Source of the DNA: Octopus sinensis
Taxonomy: Eukaryota
DNA length: 64,000 bases
NCBI RefSeq assembly: GCF_006345805.1
Contig: NC_043003.1
Location: 106,082,001 to 106,146,000, forward strand
Reading direction: 5' to 3'
Position numbers and translations under genes: made by a program. Positions 9,805-21,787 of the stretch are shown here, in pieces; the first letter of the stretch is position 1, and the number at the start of each line of letters is the position of its first letter. The notes under the pieces are model-generated. The model saw only the letters and a list, made by a program, of their open reading frames with translations, was not told the DNA's origin and did not search any database.

Positions 9805-12640
9805 TTGCCTTTACACAGCTTCTAACGCTGGAGATGTATTTCATTGTCAGCTGTTCACTACCAGTGAACTAAGGTAACACCTCTTATTTTTCGAGCACCT
9901 TCCGGAGTATGTGAGCAGTTCCAAGCAGTGCTGTTTTCTGCAAGTGCCCCACCCTTTTTGCAGTCCCTATTTGTTCCTTGTACTTCTCGAGATTTTTACT
10001 CCTTGTTCCCAGGGCTCAGACAATTATTGGTACTACTACCACATTTTTCAGCGACCACAACTGCTTAACTTCCCAAGCTAACCTGTTATATCTATCGACT
10101 TTTTTCCTTATTGCATACCGTGTTGTCAGCTGGGTTTGCTATATCTATGATCCAGCATCGTTTGCTTTCTTTCTCAAAACTGTCTGGTTCCCTATTCTCT
10201 ATCTCATGCTCGCACTGAATCATAAAACCCCATAGGATCTTTGCATTATCATTTGCGATGATGCCTTCGAGTTTATGTTCGTACCACTTTTTTTACTCTG
10301 TCAAGTCCATACTTGTTACAAAGTGTCCAATGGACAATCCTTCCTAAATTGTCATGACGTCTCTTATATTCTTTCTGGGCTTGGTGCCATACATTGACTG
10401 GTGATATGCCATACAGTTTCACCATTTTGTCCACAAATTCTGCACTTATCATTTTCTGATGTGTTGTCTATTCTGTATTTGATTTATTTGGTTCTTTATG
10501 CTTACTCTTGGGCAGCACAGATTAGAACCTCAGTTTCCGGTTTTAAATCCCTTTTAGTCATCCATAGCCATCTTTTTTCCTTATCTGTCTTCAACATCCC
10601 TATGAAATTTTTCCTGTAGTCTTTTCTTTATCCACCTATTTTTAGTTTTATTCATTCTCAAGTCTTTGTACAATGCTTTATCTTTGTACTCTTCCATCCT
10701 ACACAAGCCTGACCGTCTTACTTCCAATAATAGCAGTTCTGTTGTATTTTTACATACCATGCTATGTTGTTTTTTTTTCTGCTCTAATGCTGTGTTCGCA
10801 TCCAATCAGTTCTCTTCCTCTTTTTCGTGGTACATACAGTCTGTCTGTGTCACTTTTTGGGTGGAGTATCCCAAATCGAGTCAGCAACTTCCTTGTTTTT
10901 CTGTCTAAACTGTTTAGTTCGTCTACTGTCCATGCGATTGCTCCTGCTCCATATCTAAGGAGTGAAACTGCCCAGGTGTTGATAGCTTCGATCTTATTCC
11001 ATCCGTTTAATTTCGACTTAAGGATCAGTCTCAGTCTGCGCAAGTACTTCACCTTAAATTTTTCTGTCATCTCTTTCTCTATCAATTTATACATTTCTTT
11101 TATCTGCTCCATAACCTCCACCGACGGTATCGCTAGCCCGTCCATATATTTGATTTTGCCTCTCCATTCTGATATCAGCACTGAAAGTATACACCTTATC
11201 AACGAGGGAACTGACTTGGGATTCATCTTTACCATAAAGTTTGAAGTCATCCATGAATAACAAGTGGTTGACTTTTTGTTGGTGGTTCTTGGGTACATAT
11301 CTAGCCTTTGTTTTCCTCGGAATCAGTGTTAGTGGTATCATGCACAGTACAAAGATCAGTGGAAACAGGCAGTGCCCTTGGAAAATACCCTTCTGATTTC
11401 TATTGTCCCTAAACTTCTTCCATATGCTGTCAGTTCTGTCTTCTACTTCGCCATACTTTTTCCAAGCAATCGTTCAACATTCGATACAATACCAAATAGG
11501 TTCATACATTCCATAATCCAAGAATGTGGGATCATATCGTACGTCTTATGATAATCGATCCATGACATGGCTAAGTTAGTTTTCCTCCTCTTGCAGTCTC
11601 TAAGTACAGTTTTATCTACCAGTAGTTGATCCTTCGTACCTCTGCACTTACACTTGTAACCCTTCTGCTCATGTGGTAGGACTCCATTTTTTCCAGTGCA
11701 TTGACTCTGACTATTCCAGTCAATAATTTCTACATAATGTGGCAAGCAGGATATCGGCCTGTAAGTGTCTACCGTGTTACCTTTTTCGATGTTTTTCAAG
11801 CACAGCACTGTTCTACCCATTGTCAACCACTCTGGTGTTACTTGGTCGGCATTTAACAAGGTGTTGAGTTGAGCAGCTATTCGTGCATAATATTCACCAA
11901 ATCTTTTGATCCAGTAGCATTGAACTCCATCTGGTCCTGGGGCCTTCCAGTTGCCCATTTTTTACTGATTTCCTTCACTTCCCAAACTGAAATGGCCAGT
12001 TCTGCCTGTTTTGGACAGACTACTGTTTGTTTCAGTTCTTGCAACCATTCAGCATCCTTCTTGTGCTCCTTGTCTTTGATATCACTCCAAAACCTTTGAC
12101 TTTCAATGTTATCTGGTATCAACTTTTCATCTGTACACTCTCTATTTTTTTTCTTTGTAGAATCTCTTCTGATCTACTCTGAATAACCTATTCTGCTGGT
12201 ATCCTTTCATTCTTTGGTCGTATCTTACCATCTTTACTTTCTTTGCAACGAGGCGCGGTTTCAGTTCCTCCATTACCACTTTCAGGCCCTTTCTTTCAAT
12301 ATCATACTTCCATTTCAGCGCCCTGTATTTTTGGTTCTTTTCCACCATGGTTCATTTCTTTTGTCACTCCCATTAGGTTTCTTTTTCTTGACATCAACAC
12401 CCACGTTTTCTTCTACAACAATACTTTCTGCCTTGATCAAATTATTTGTTTCTGTGATGCTTTTTGTTCTGATGTATTTCAGAATTTAATTCCCATTTTT
12501 CGTGTCTTGGTTCAATTACTACCGATCAACCTTTTTAACATTGCAGATAATGTCGCTATCGCTCTCCTGTAGCCTTGCCTTTAATCTGCCGTAGATTGCC
12601 TTTTGCCCATCTGTCATGTCACCATTAGTTTTATTGTCTT
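9805..12640 (-). mobile_element. Degraded R4/Dong-clade non-LTR retrotransposon (RT plus restriction-like endonuclease)
   Basis: Fragments WKAPGPDGVQCYWIK, YRPISCLP, MSWIDYHKTYDMIPHSWI, NHLLFMDDFKLY, KYLRRLRLILKSKLNGWNKIEAINTWAV, HPKSDTDRLYVPRK, LQKTALLGTAHILRKVLE; many frameshifts; 3' end abuts (TAA)n. Confidence 0.85.
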
Positions 12641-12929
12641 CTTCCAAACCATTTATATGTTTCTTATCGAGCAAGCTGGATAACGACAGGCTGGAGTCGG
12701 ACCAGTATCTCTGAGCCTGCCGGGTGCAACACTGTCACGATCAAGCGCTTCAGTTTCATTACCACCGTTTTTCACAAAATTTTGTTTTTTCATTGTCACT
12801 CGTATGTGGTAGCGATTATCAGGTTGAGCAATAACCAGTGTTTTTATGGTGACACCATCAAAAGATGTATCATCAATCAAGACATGGAGAGATTCCAACC
12901 GCTTCCTTTCATTATTATCTTTACTGATA

Positions 12930-12960
<31 letters not shown>

Positions 12961-12961
12961 G

Positions 12962-13398
12962 GTTTCCTTTCATTATAACTTTATTTCAGCGGCCTTAGTA
13001 CCGGACATCATCCAGAGGCCAAGCAAAACAAAAGTTTTGCTATGCATGCTAAAATTATCACCACATTTATTCCATTTTAGATGGAAAGTGCTTTCCGTAG
13101 TATATGGGCTGTACCCATCAAAGTTATCTTTTCTAGTTCATGGAGACTGGAGTTACCAGGGAGTTGCTTAATATACTTCTCAGCTCCCTTCTTTATCATT
13201 TCCAACACACCAATTACTATTGGTATTATCGTAGTACTTAAACTTCCACAATTTTGTGATTTCACTTTGCAGATCTTTACAGTGAGAAAACATTTCGTAT
13301 TCCTTTCTTAAGACATTTTGATCTTGTAGGACAGACATATTTGTTACAAGACACAAGTTCCTCTATTGTAGTCCTTGATTACAATGTCTAGTCGAAAT
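12962..13398 (-). mobile_element. 3' fragment of an R4/Dong-like element
   Basis: IIPIVIGVLEMIKKGAEKYIKQLPGNSSLHELEKITLMGTAHILRKALSI*; (ATT)n tracts on both flanks. Confidence 0.8.
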
Positions 13399-13404
13399 AT
13401 TATT

Positions 13405-13439
<35 letters not shown>

Positions 13440-13502
13440 TATTACACCCTGTCCTTCAAACACTCATACGTCGAAATCGACGGGATCAATCATCATTATC
13501 AT

Positions 13503-13963
13503 TGAGTGAGAGAGCAGCGCATGCCCTCACAGTGACACTGGAGTACAAATATACAAAGCCCATTATATCCATCATGACTACCCGTCTGATAAGAGTACAC
13601 GAGACACATGCATCACAACCATTTGTGCTCGAAGTGGTGATCTGATATCAAGATAAACAGCACATGACCTTGCAGGTGGGGCCCAGTTAGAATTTTCTTC
13701 TGGTCGAGTAACCTATCCCACTCAAAAGGTCCCTGAATAAGGTTTGTTTAAGGATGTTGAATGAAAAATCCATGTTTCCAGTGGTGAGCTATTCAAACCC
13801 CAAAGAATTCTTCTCAACACATGGCTATAATACTCCTCCACTACTTCTGCTCGTGATCAGATATGCATATATCGTCAGGCAGTAAGGGACATACTCATTT
13901 GGTTAAGGTCAAACAACTGACAAGCAAATCTGAGCAGGATATTTGTTGCAGCCCATCTTTTAT
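13503..13963. repeat. Family X, full-length copy
   Basis: Homology to 4760-5238 and 54253-54690. Confidence 0.8.
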
Positions 13964-13979
13964 AGCAATAATAAATAAT

Positions 13980-16018
13980 GTTAGTGACTAGTGTTAGTGT
14001 TTTGTGGTTGCGCTTGTTTTTGTTGTTATTTTATCATCGTCCTAACATGTCCTCGTCATAATGTTAGTCCTGTAATGTCTCGCTCATCTACTACTCATGT
14101 GACCAAAAAGCGGGAAAAACTATTGTTTAAATTATTCAAAAAGAAAATCATTAAACAATAAAAAACATATTTTGTAAAAATATAATTATCAATCTTAAAG
14201 TTTGAATCCGCTTAGCGCCATTTCGCATTTCATTCTTCCGGGAGCAATATAATAAAAGTACGAGGAAAGTACATGGGCGATCGAATTGTCTACTCTGTCT
14301 CAACAGCTCTGTCTCCTAAAAGATGTGTGACTTTTGTGCCTAAGAGGGAAATCATTATCATTGAATTGGTTAAAGGCGGCGAGCTGGCAGGAAATGGTAA
14401 AGGAGGTGGGCGGATACGCTGAGTTGTTACCGCCTAAGAAAAGAAGAAGCGGGTTCGAAAAGAGGAGAGTAACAGACAGAGTTTTCGCCAACGATGAAAA
14501 AAGAATCGATTTGGTTGGTACTGAAACAGTGGAGGAGGCATTAGATCTGAAGAAACTGTTAGGAAGATGGCGGCAAGAACAATAAAAACGGATAAAGTAT
14601 TCCTTCTACCCTCGTATCTGGGAAGGAAAACAACCAGGATCAGGGTGGAAGGAATACCACCAGACATAGAAGCATAGTGGATAGTGGCAGCCATTATAAT
14701 CGAAAATGAAGGAAAAGTAGACATTCTTCAAGTCACGATAAAAGACGAAGGAAGATGGAGAGGAGGAACACAAGAGATGAGTGTCCAGGCAGACACAGAA
14801 GTGTTGGAAAGTTTGTCCGAGACGATTACAATGGGTGATGTAACTTTAGGAGTATGGGTGGAGGGCAGAGCTCCTCTGTGTTTCAGACGTGGCCTGGAGG
14901 GCCACATAAGAGCTAATTTCCATCCACTAGCGAAGGAACCAACAAAAGAAGTAGAAAAACCCCAGGAAGAACAGGAGACAACAGTAGAAGAGAAACAAGT
15001 GGTTGAAGGAGAGGCTCCAGCAGAATGGGAATCCAAGAGAAAAAAAAAAAGGCACGTTATACTGAACCCCAGCCCACTTTAGCTCCACCCGCACCATTTG
15101 TGGCCCACCCTTCCCCTGCAGACACTAAACCTACCCACCAACCAGAAAGCAGACACACAGGATAACTCACAAAATTCCCGTCCCGCAGACCATTGTGTAG
15201 GTATACTAGACGATGAAGATTTATTTGAAATAGTGAAAGATCTGGGAAAGGCTGAATTGCCAGATAACTGGAATGAGGATATGGTGGTGGTACTAACTAA
15301 AGACCGACTCAAGTAACTTGAAAAAGAACTTATGAACGTTCACATGTTGATATATGGGAGATTAGACATGAAAAAGAAAAATGTACTTAAGAAGAGATGG
15401 AAGCACTCCGTCGGTTACGACGATGAGGGTTCCGGTTGATCCGAATCAACGGAACAGCCTGCTCGTGAAATTAACGTGTAAGTGGCTGAGCACTCCACAG
15501 ACACGTGTACCCTTAACGTAGTTCTCGGGGATATTCAGCGTGACACAGAGAGTGACAAGGCCGGCCCTTTGAAATACAGGTACAACAGAAACAGGAAGTA
15601 AGAGTGAGAGAAAGTTGTGGTGAAAGAGTACAGCAGGGATCACCACCATCCCCTGCCGGAGCCTCGTGGAGCTTTAGGTGTTTTCGCTCAATAAACACTC
15701 ACAACGCCCGGTCTGGGAATCGAAACCGCGATCCTACGACCGCGAGTCCGCTGCCCTAACCACTGGGCCATTGCGCCTCCACCAAAGTTTAAGAAGAGAT
15801 ACGGGGTAATATTAGAGGACTACGTAACTTTTGCATTGACTTAGGAAAGAGGGCAAAGTAAGTGATGTTGATCGATGGGGCGGTTGATATCCCTTTCATT
15901 ACTCATTTTCACTCCTTTCATCTTTTATCATACGCTTATGTTTTTCTTTTTGGTGTTTTGTGTCCCCAATGTATTGTGATGTCCCCTCTACGTAAACCCT
16001 TTATGGGGAATAAAGAAT
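13980..16018 (+). mobile_element. Tx1/L1-clade unit U1: leader, degraded ORF1 (CCHC knuckle) and 3' tail with AATAAA; no ORF2 before the tail
   Basis: KVFLLPSYLGRKTTRIRVEGIPPDI...APLCFRRGLEGHIRANF is homologous to the ORF1s at 20520-21501 and 21960-23715; tail TGTCCCCTCTACGTAAACCCTTTATGGGGAATAAAGAATC. Confidence 0.65.
15402..15783 (-). mobile_element. tRNA-derived SINE, family C (head GGAGGCGCAATGGCCCAGTGGTTAGGGC)
   Basis: tRNA-like head; TTAAGAAGAGAT is duplicated on both flanks (probable TSD); related copies at 41030-41350 and 60311-60619. Confidence 0.85.
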
Positions 16019-16129
16019 CAAGCTGTGCTGTTGAGTTGTTTTGCCGCTGAAGGGAAAGTTTTTTTTTGTTGAAAGTTTGTTAAAAATTGTTATTATTCGT
16101 GTTATATCGTTGACTGTTATTGTTTCATA

Positions 16130-18066
16130 AAGTTGTTTATGGTTTCTCCCCGTGTGGGGAAGACCAAGACAATGGAAGGCGTTGAAGCCAGTATTTCGAA
16201 AGAGGAGATGGAGCGAATTGTGGATGTTATTGTTGCTACTGAAACTCGGTTAAAGGGGCCAAGAGATTTCATCCCGCTTCTGAGCGGCTACAAGAGATTT
16301 GTTTCTCCGTACCGGTCGGGTGTTGGTCCTCCTTAAAAAAAACCGAGTTTTGGAGAAAAAAGTTGGTTTTTGTAGATCCAGAAGGTAGGCTGGTCGTCTT
16401 AGATCTGACGTTCATTTGTGGTAAATAAATCAGGTTGGTGGCACTATATGCACCCAATTCGTGTTCGACTGATTATTTTTGAGATTTGGAGAAGTTTCCG
16501 GGTGCGTCACGTCCCCTAGTTGTGTTAGACTTTAATGCTATTCTCGATGCACGAGTGGATAATGTTGGCTCTAATTCTAGGACACCGAACTGTGGCTTCC
16601 GGGATCTGCTAAGTCGCTCTCAGCTAGTAGATCCCAACAGACTGAAATTCCCGAACGCTCCACAGTGGACGTGGGCAAGCAGCGACGGGTCTTTTAAGTC
16701 TTACATAGATAGAATCCTAATTAGAGAACTAGATAAAGAATTAGTTACGTGTCCACAATTTCATCTGGTCAGATACAGTGATCACAAAATGATCACATGT
16801 AAGCTGCACCTAGATAAGTTAAGTAGCAAGGGGTCCGGCTACTGGAAACTCAATAAGTCCCTTTTGGCTATTAAGGAGTACAGGAGTCGGATTAGGTTAA
16901 TGATACAGAGGGCATAAACTGGTACCATTATTAACAAAAAATGGTAGTACGCCCTCAAAAGAGCCATCAAAATTGAGTCTATTAGATATAGCGCAGGTTT
17001 AGTGGCTAGAGGGCATAGGAAGGAAATGGACTTAGTTCAGGCATTAGAGTTAGTTAAGGCACCATGAGGGCTGGCGACACATCTCATGTGAAGGTGAAGA
17101 GACTGGAATTAAACCAGCACCTCGAAGCCAAGCACATGGGTCGTATCGCCAGAGCTAGACTTCGTGCAATGAGTCGTGGAAGCCCAACGTGGAAATGATT
17201 CCACAATTCGATCTGTGGTGAACTCACAAGGTGATACGGTGAACGAACCCGAGGAGATGTGTCAGACGTTTCAGGAGCACTTCACCCAGCTTTTCGGGGT
17301 GGGGAGCGATGGACCGGTTGCTAGGGAGGGCCTTACGGACTTCCTCGCCGGGCTGCCGCGCCTCTCGGGGCAGGATGCGGAAAGCTGTGAAGGGTCGATC
17401 TCACCTGAGGAGATTATTGAGGCGATGTCGGACTGCGGCGGTGATAAGGCGCCGGGACTCAATGGTCTTCCCTACGAGCTATATAAAAGTATGCCAGACT
17501 TGTTCAGTCACGTACTAGCTGGCGTTTACGCGAACTGGCAGCAGAATGGGTGGATTCCCAGATCTGTGCGCCGGGGAGTGGTGACGCTGGACAGGAAGGA
17601 CCCGAGCAAGGGAGATAAGGTAGATAACTTTAGGCCCATCACCCTGCTTAACACTGAGGTGAAGATTTTGGCCAAGGTGTTAGCTAAAAGAATGACGCGG
17701 GTCGCAGGTGGTCTGATCGGGGAAGCACAAACCTGTGCGATCTCCGGCAGAACCATCCAGGACAATCTTCATCTAGTACGCTACACCGTAGAGGGGTATG
17801 GTAGGAAAACTGGAAAAGGTGGGGCATTGGTCAATTTAGACCAAGCTAAAACTTTCGATAGGGTGGATCATCGTTACCTGGAGACTGTTCTCGCACAGTT
17901 TGGACTGGGTCTCGGGTTCCTCGGGTGGATCATACAGTTGTATGACAACATCGACTCGATTGTTCATGTAAACGATTTTCTTTCAAAGCCGTTCCGTATC
18001 AAACGGTCGGTTCGCCAAGGGTGTTCACTCTCTCCGCTTTTATACGTAATGGCTTTCGAGCCTTAG
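16130..18066 (+). mobile_element. Tx1/L1-clade ORF2 pseudogene (APE endonuclease plus RT), unit U2
   Basis: ETRLKGPRD, VVLDFNAILD, SYIDRILI, YSDHKMI, GYWKLNKSLL, KAPGLNGLPYELY, NFRPITLLNTEVKILAKVLAKR, LDQAKTFDRVDH, VRQGCSLSPLLY. Confidence 0.9.
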
Positions 18067-18134
18067 GACACAGCAATGGGTAGTTGTGTGGGCTTAAGCA
18101 ATTTAAACTTGTCAGGTCAGGTCAGATCAGATCA

Positions 18135-21100
18135 TATCGGATCGGATCCTCCGTCCACAAACCAGACTCCTAATAACTTCATCGAACCCTCCGTCCAACG
18201 TCCCACGACACTGTCATGAGTCATCGTCTTGCCTCTCCAGGTGCCGAGCTGCAAACCGACTGGCTTTTCATGATTAATCTTTGCTCCTGCCACCGTCACG
18301 TAAACCTTAATGGCCTTGCCTACCCTCTGTAGGTGATCCATTTCGGTTACGATGATCGTGATATCATCCGCATCTGCTGAAACCGACTTTCCAAAACCTG
18401 GCTCTCTGGGGATGCCGCTCAACTTTCGCAGTTATGGATCAAGAGCCATCACATACAAAAGCGGAGAGAGCGGATAAGAAGCTGTTCACCTGAACGATCG
18501 AGTTGATGTTATCATAAATTTGTATGATTCACCAGAGGAAGCCAAGACCCAGGCCGAACTGTGTGAGAACAGACACCAGGTAACGATGATCGACCCTATC
18601 GAAAGCCTTTGATTGGTCTAAATGGATCACTGCCCCACCCTTGCCAGAATCATTATTAGATCCCTATAAAGTATAACGCAGAAGATGGAGATTATCCTGA
18701 ATGGTTCTGCCGAGAACGGTACATATCTGTGCCTCCCCGGTCAGACCATCCGCGACACGAGTCACTCTTTTCGCTAACACTTTGGTCAAAATCTCCAACT
18801 CTGTGTTTAGCAGAGTGATGGGCCGAAAATTATCAATGGAATCCCCCTTGTCCGTGTCCTTTCTGACAAACTTCGCCACTCCCCGACGCACAGACCTGGG
18901 AATTAACCCATTCTGCTGCCAGTTCATGTAGACATTCGCCAGCAGGTGCCCGAACAAGTCTGGCATACTCTTATATAACTCGTAGGGTAGACCATCCAGT
19001 CCCAGCGCCTTACCCGCGCTGTTGTCTGCCATAGCCTCTATTACTTCCTCAGGTGTGATCGGCCCTTCACAACACTCCGCATCCCTCCCCGAGAGGCGCC
19101 ACAGCCCGGCGATGAAGTCCAACTATCTAGTCCGCCCCACCCCCCGAAAAGCAAGGTGAAGTGCTCCTGAAAGGGCTCACACATCTCGCCGGGTTCGTTT
19201 AACAAATTACGTTGGGTTTCTACCACTCCGACCCATCCTGCGGTCTTGATTCCCTCACAGTCCACTGCACGAATGCTTGGTCTGACAATGCAACCCATGT
19301 GTTCGGCTTCGAGGTGCTGGTTTAACGCCAGTCTCTTCGCCTTCACCTGAGCCGCAGAGCCAGTTTCCATTGCTTCCTCTAAGGCCTTAACTAATACTGA
19401 TTCCCCACTAGCCTCTCTAGCCACTAAACTTATGCTATATCTAATACACTCAAATTTTATGGCTCGCTTGAGGGCATACCACTTATTATTAATAATGGAT
19501 CCGGTTAATGCCCTCTGTATTAATAACGTAATCCGGTCTCTGTACTCATCAATCGCCAAAAGGGATGTATTGAGTTTCCAGTAGCTACTATATAGCTTAT
19601 CTATGTCAAGCTTACAGTTGACCAATTTATGATCACTGCAGCTGACCAGGTGAAACTGTGGACACCTAGATATATTTCTATCTGCTTTTCTAATTAGCAT
19701 TCCTATCTATGTACGACCTGAAAGATCTATCGCTGCTTGACCACGTCCACAATGGAGCGTTCGGAAATTCCAGTCTACATGGAACTGCTAGCTGAAAGCG
19801 ACTTAGCAGATCCTGGAAGCAAGGATTGCTTTTCCTATCAGTATATGAGCCAACATAATACACGCGTGCATCGCAGATTGTGTTATAGTCTCCTAGTAAA
19901 ACTGGAGAATTGACGTACCAAAAAACTTCACCAGATCACGAAAATACTCATTTTGTCCGGTTGCCGTGGGTGCATAAATTGCAACCAGTCTGATAGTCTT
20001 ACCACGGCTGAATGTCAAGTTCATGACAACCAGCCTACCTTCTGGATCTGAAAAAATTAACTTTTTCTCTGAAACCAAGTTTCTTTTTAATAGGACCAAC
20101 ACTCCGCTTCCGCTTGAAGGACAGCCTAGAGAAAAAAAACTCCTTGTAACCGTCCAACAGCGGGAGCAGATCTCTTGGCCCCCTTATCCGGGTTTCCGTA
20201 GTAACAACAACATCCAAATCTCGTGACCTGATGTCATTAAGGAAGCGTCCAACACGAATGCTAGACATGACTTATTTTCCATCAGTGGTTCGAGGTGTAT
20301 TTACTTTCCACCTCCTTTTCTTTCTCTCGGGCACGTAGTTTTTTTTTTACATAGGCCCCCGTAAATGTATAGAAAATAATTCATCCTGAGAGGGCCCACG
20401 TCATGGAAAAATTCGGACTTTATCTGTCCGGCCTATCCCGTAGAGGATAAAGTCTTTTGACGTTTTTTCTATTCGTTTGGCAGACGAAACGACTACCAAA
20501 CGGTTAATGAAATTAGATGCCTTAATGGCCATATAAGTAATGTCTTCTTTTTTGTTTTTTGTTTTTATTTTCACTTTGGTTGGGGTGGTCTGTATTTTTT
20601 TTCTTTTTTAAAAACGGTCGACCACCCCCCTCTTTGTCTTCGTCATTATCGTCGCTCTCCTCTTGTTTTGAAGGTGTTGGTGTCGACTCTACTGATGTAG
20701 GTAACGTTTCAGTTGTTGTTCCTTCTTCCTCTTCTTCCTGCACTTTGGGGGGGGGTGCATTCGCACCTTATGTGACCCTTCAACCTGCACTTAAAGCACC
20801 TAGGATTTCTGCCTTCCACGAAGACGATAAGCCTCTCCTCTCCGATGTTAATTATTTCTGGAATTTCTTCCAGCGTAAGGACCTCTGCTTGAATTAACAT
20901 ATTCAGGCATTGTCCTTTCCAATTCACTTTCTCCGCCAATGTGGCTTGGAGAATGGTTATCTTTTCCTTCAGGTCCATTATTATTGCCGCTACTAGCCAG
21001 GCAGCATCTACTTCCGGAGGAATATCTGTTATTTTTATTTTCGATGTTCTTCTTCCAATATATATGGGAAGAAGAACCACCTCCTCGGTTCTCAAAGTTT

Positions 21101-21780
21101 ATGAAGAGTGCCACCTGGCTACCTCCTCTGATGTGAACCTCACCGCGACTGTTCCATATCTCTTATCTCTAGCCATGTATGTGATATGGGACCATTTTTC
21201 AAATTTTCTTTTCAGATTTTTTCAATCCAGTTTTTCTTCACGTTGTAGGTTTTATATATTATACGTCTCTTGTTCACTTCTTCGGTTGTTTCGGTGGGAG
21301 GGGTTACTTGTATTTCTGTCCCCTCTTTTTTTAACATTGACATAACATTTTTCAGATTATTTTTATCCGTGTTGATAAATTTTTCTTTTTTCCTGCTGCT
21401 TCAGCAAAGTTTAGTCTTTTTGGCGACACCGCCGCTGAAACTTTTCCTTCACCTATTACAAATACAGGCATGTCGATAATTAATTTCTTTGGTGACTCCA
21501 TAATATTGCTTTTTTTTTCTCAAAACACAATTCACGGCCAAACGCCAAACACAGAAATACTTGGGCCTACGCCCCCACAGAACTAGCTCAAAGCCGCACA
21601 GTTCAACAACAATAATTCCTCTGCAGTTGGGAACTGAAAACAAGCTGCTTCAACGAAGCAATAAACAGTTCTTATAACAAAAACCTACCGCAAAAACAGC
21701 CGCAACTCACCACAACAATTCAACAAATTTCACAAGAAACACAGCAAACACGTTCTTATAACAAGCGACTTGCACCGAGA
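18135..21780 (-). mobile_element. Degraded near-full-length Tx1/L1-clade element U3 (leader, ORF1 21501-20523 with CCHC, ORF2 ~20270-18135)
   Basis: ORF1 RNPRCFKCRLKGHIRCEC; ORF2 TETRIRGPRD, SDHKLV, YWKLNTSLL, GLDGLPYELY, NFRPITLLN, ADDITII; tail-to-tail with U2. Confidence 0.85.
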
Positions 21781-21787
21781 ATAAGAT

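Noticed and set aside
15700-15783. tRNA-like sequences here and at about 1250-1325, 41270-41350 and 60540-60619
   Set aside because: They are SINE heads attached to SINE bodies; no intact cloverleaf could be supported
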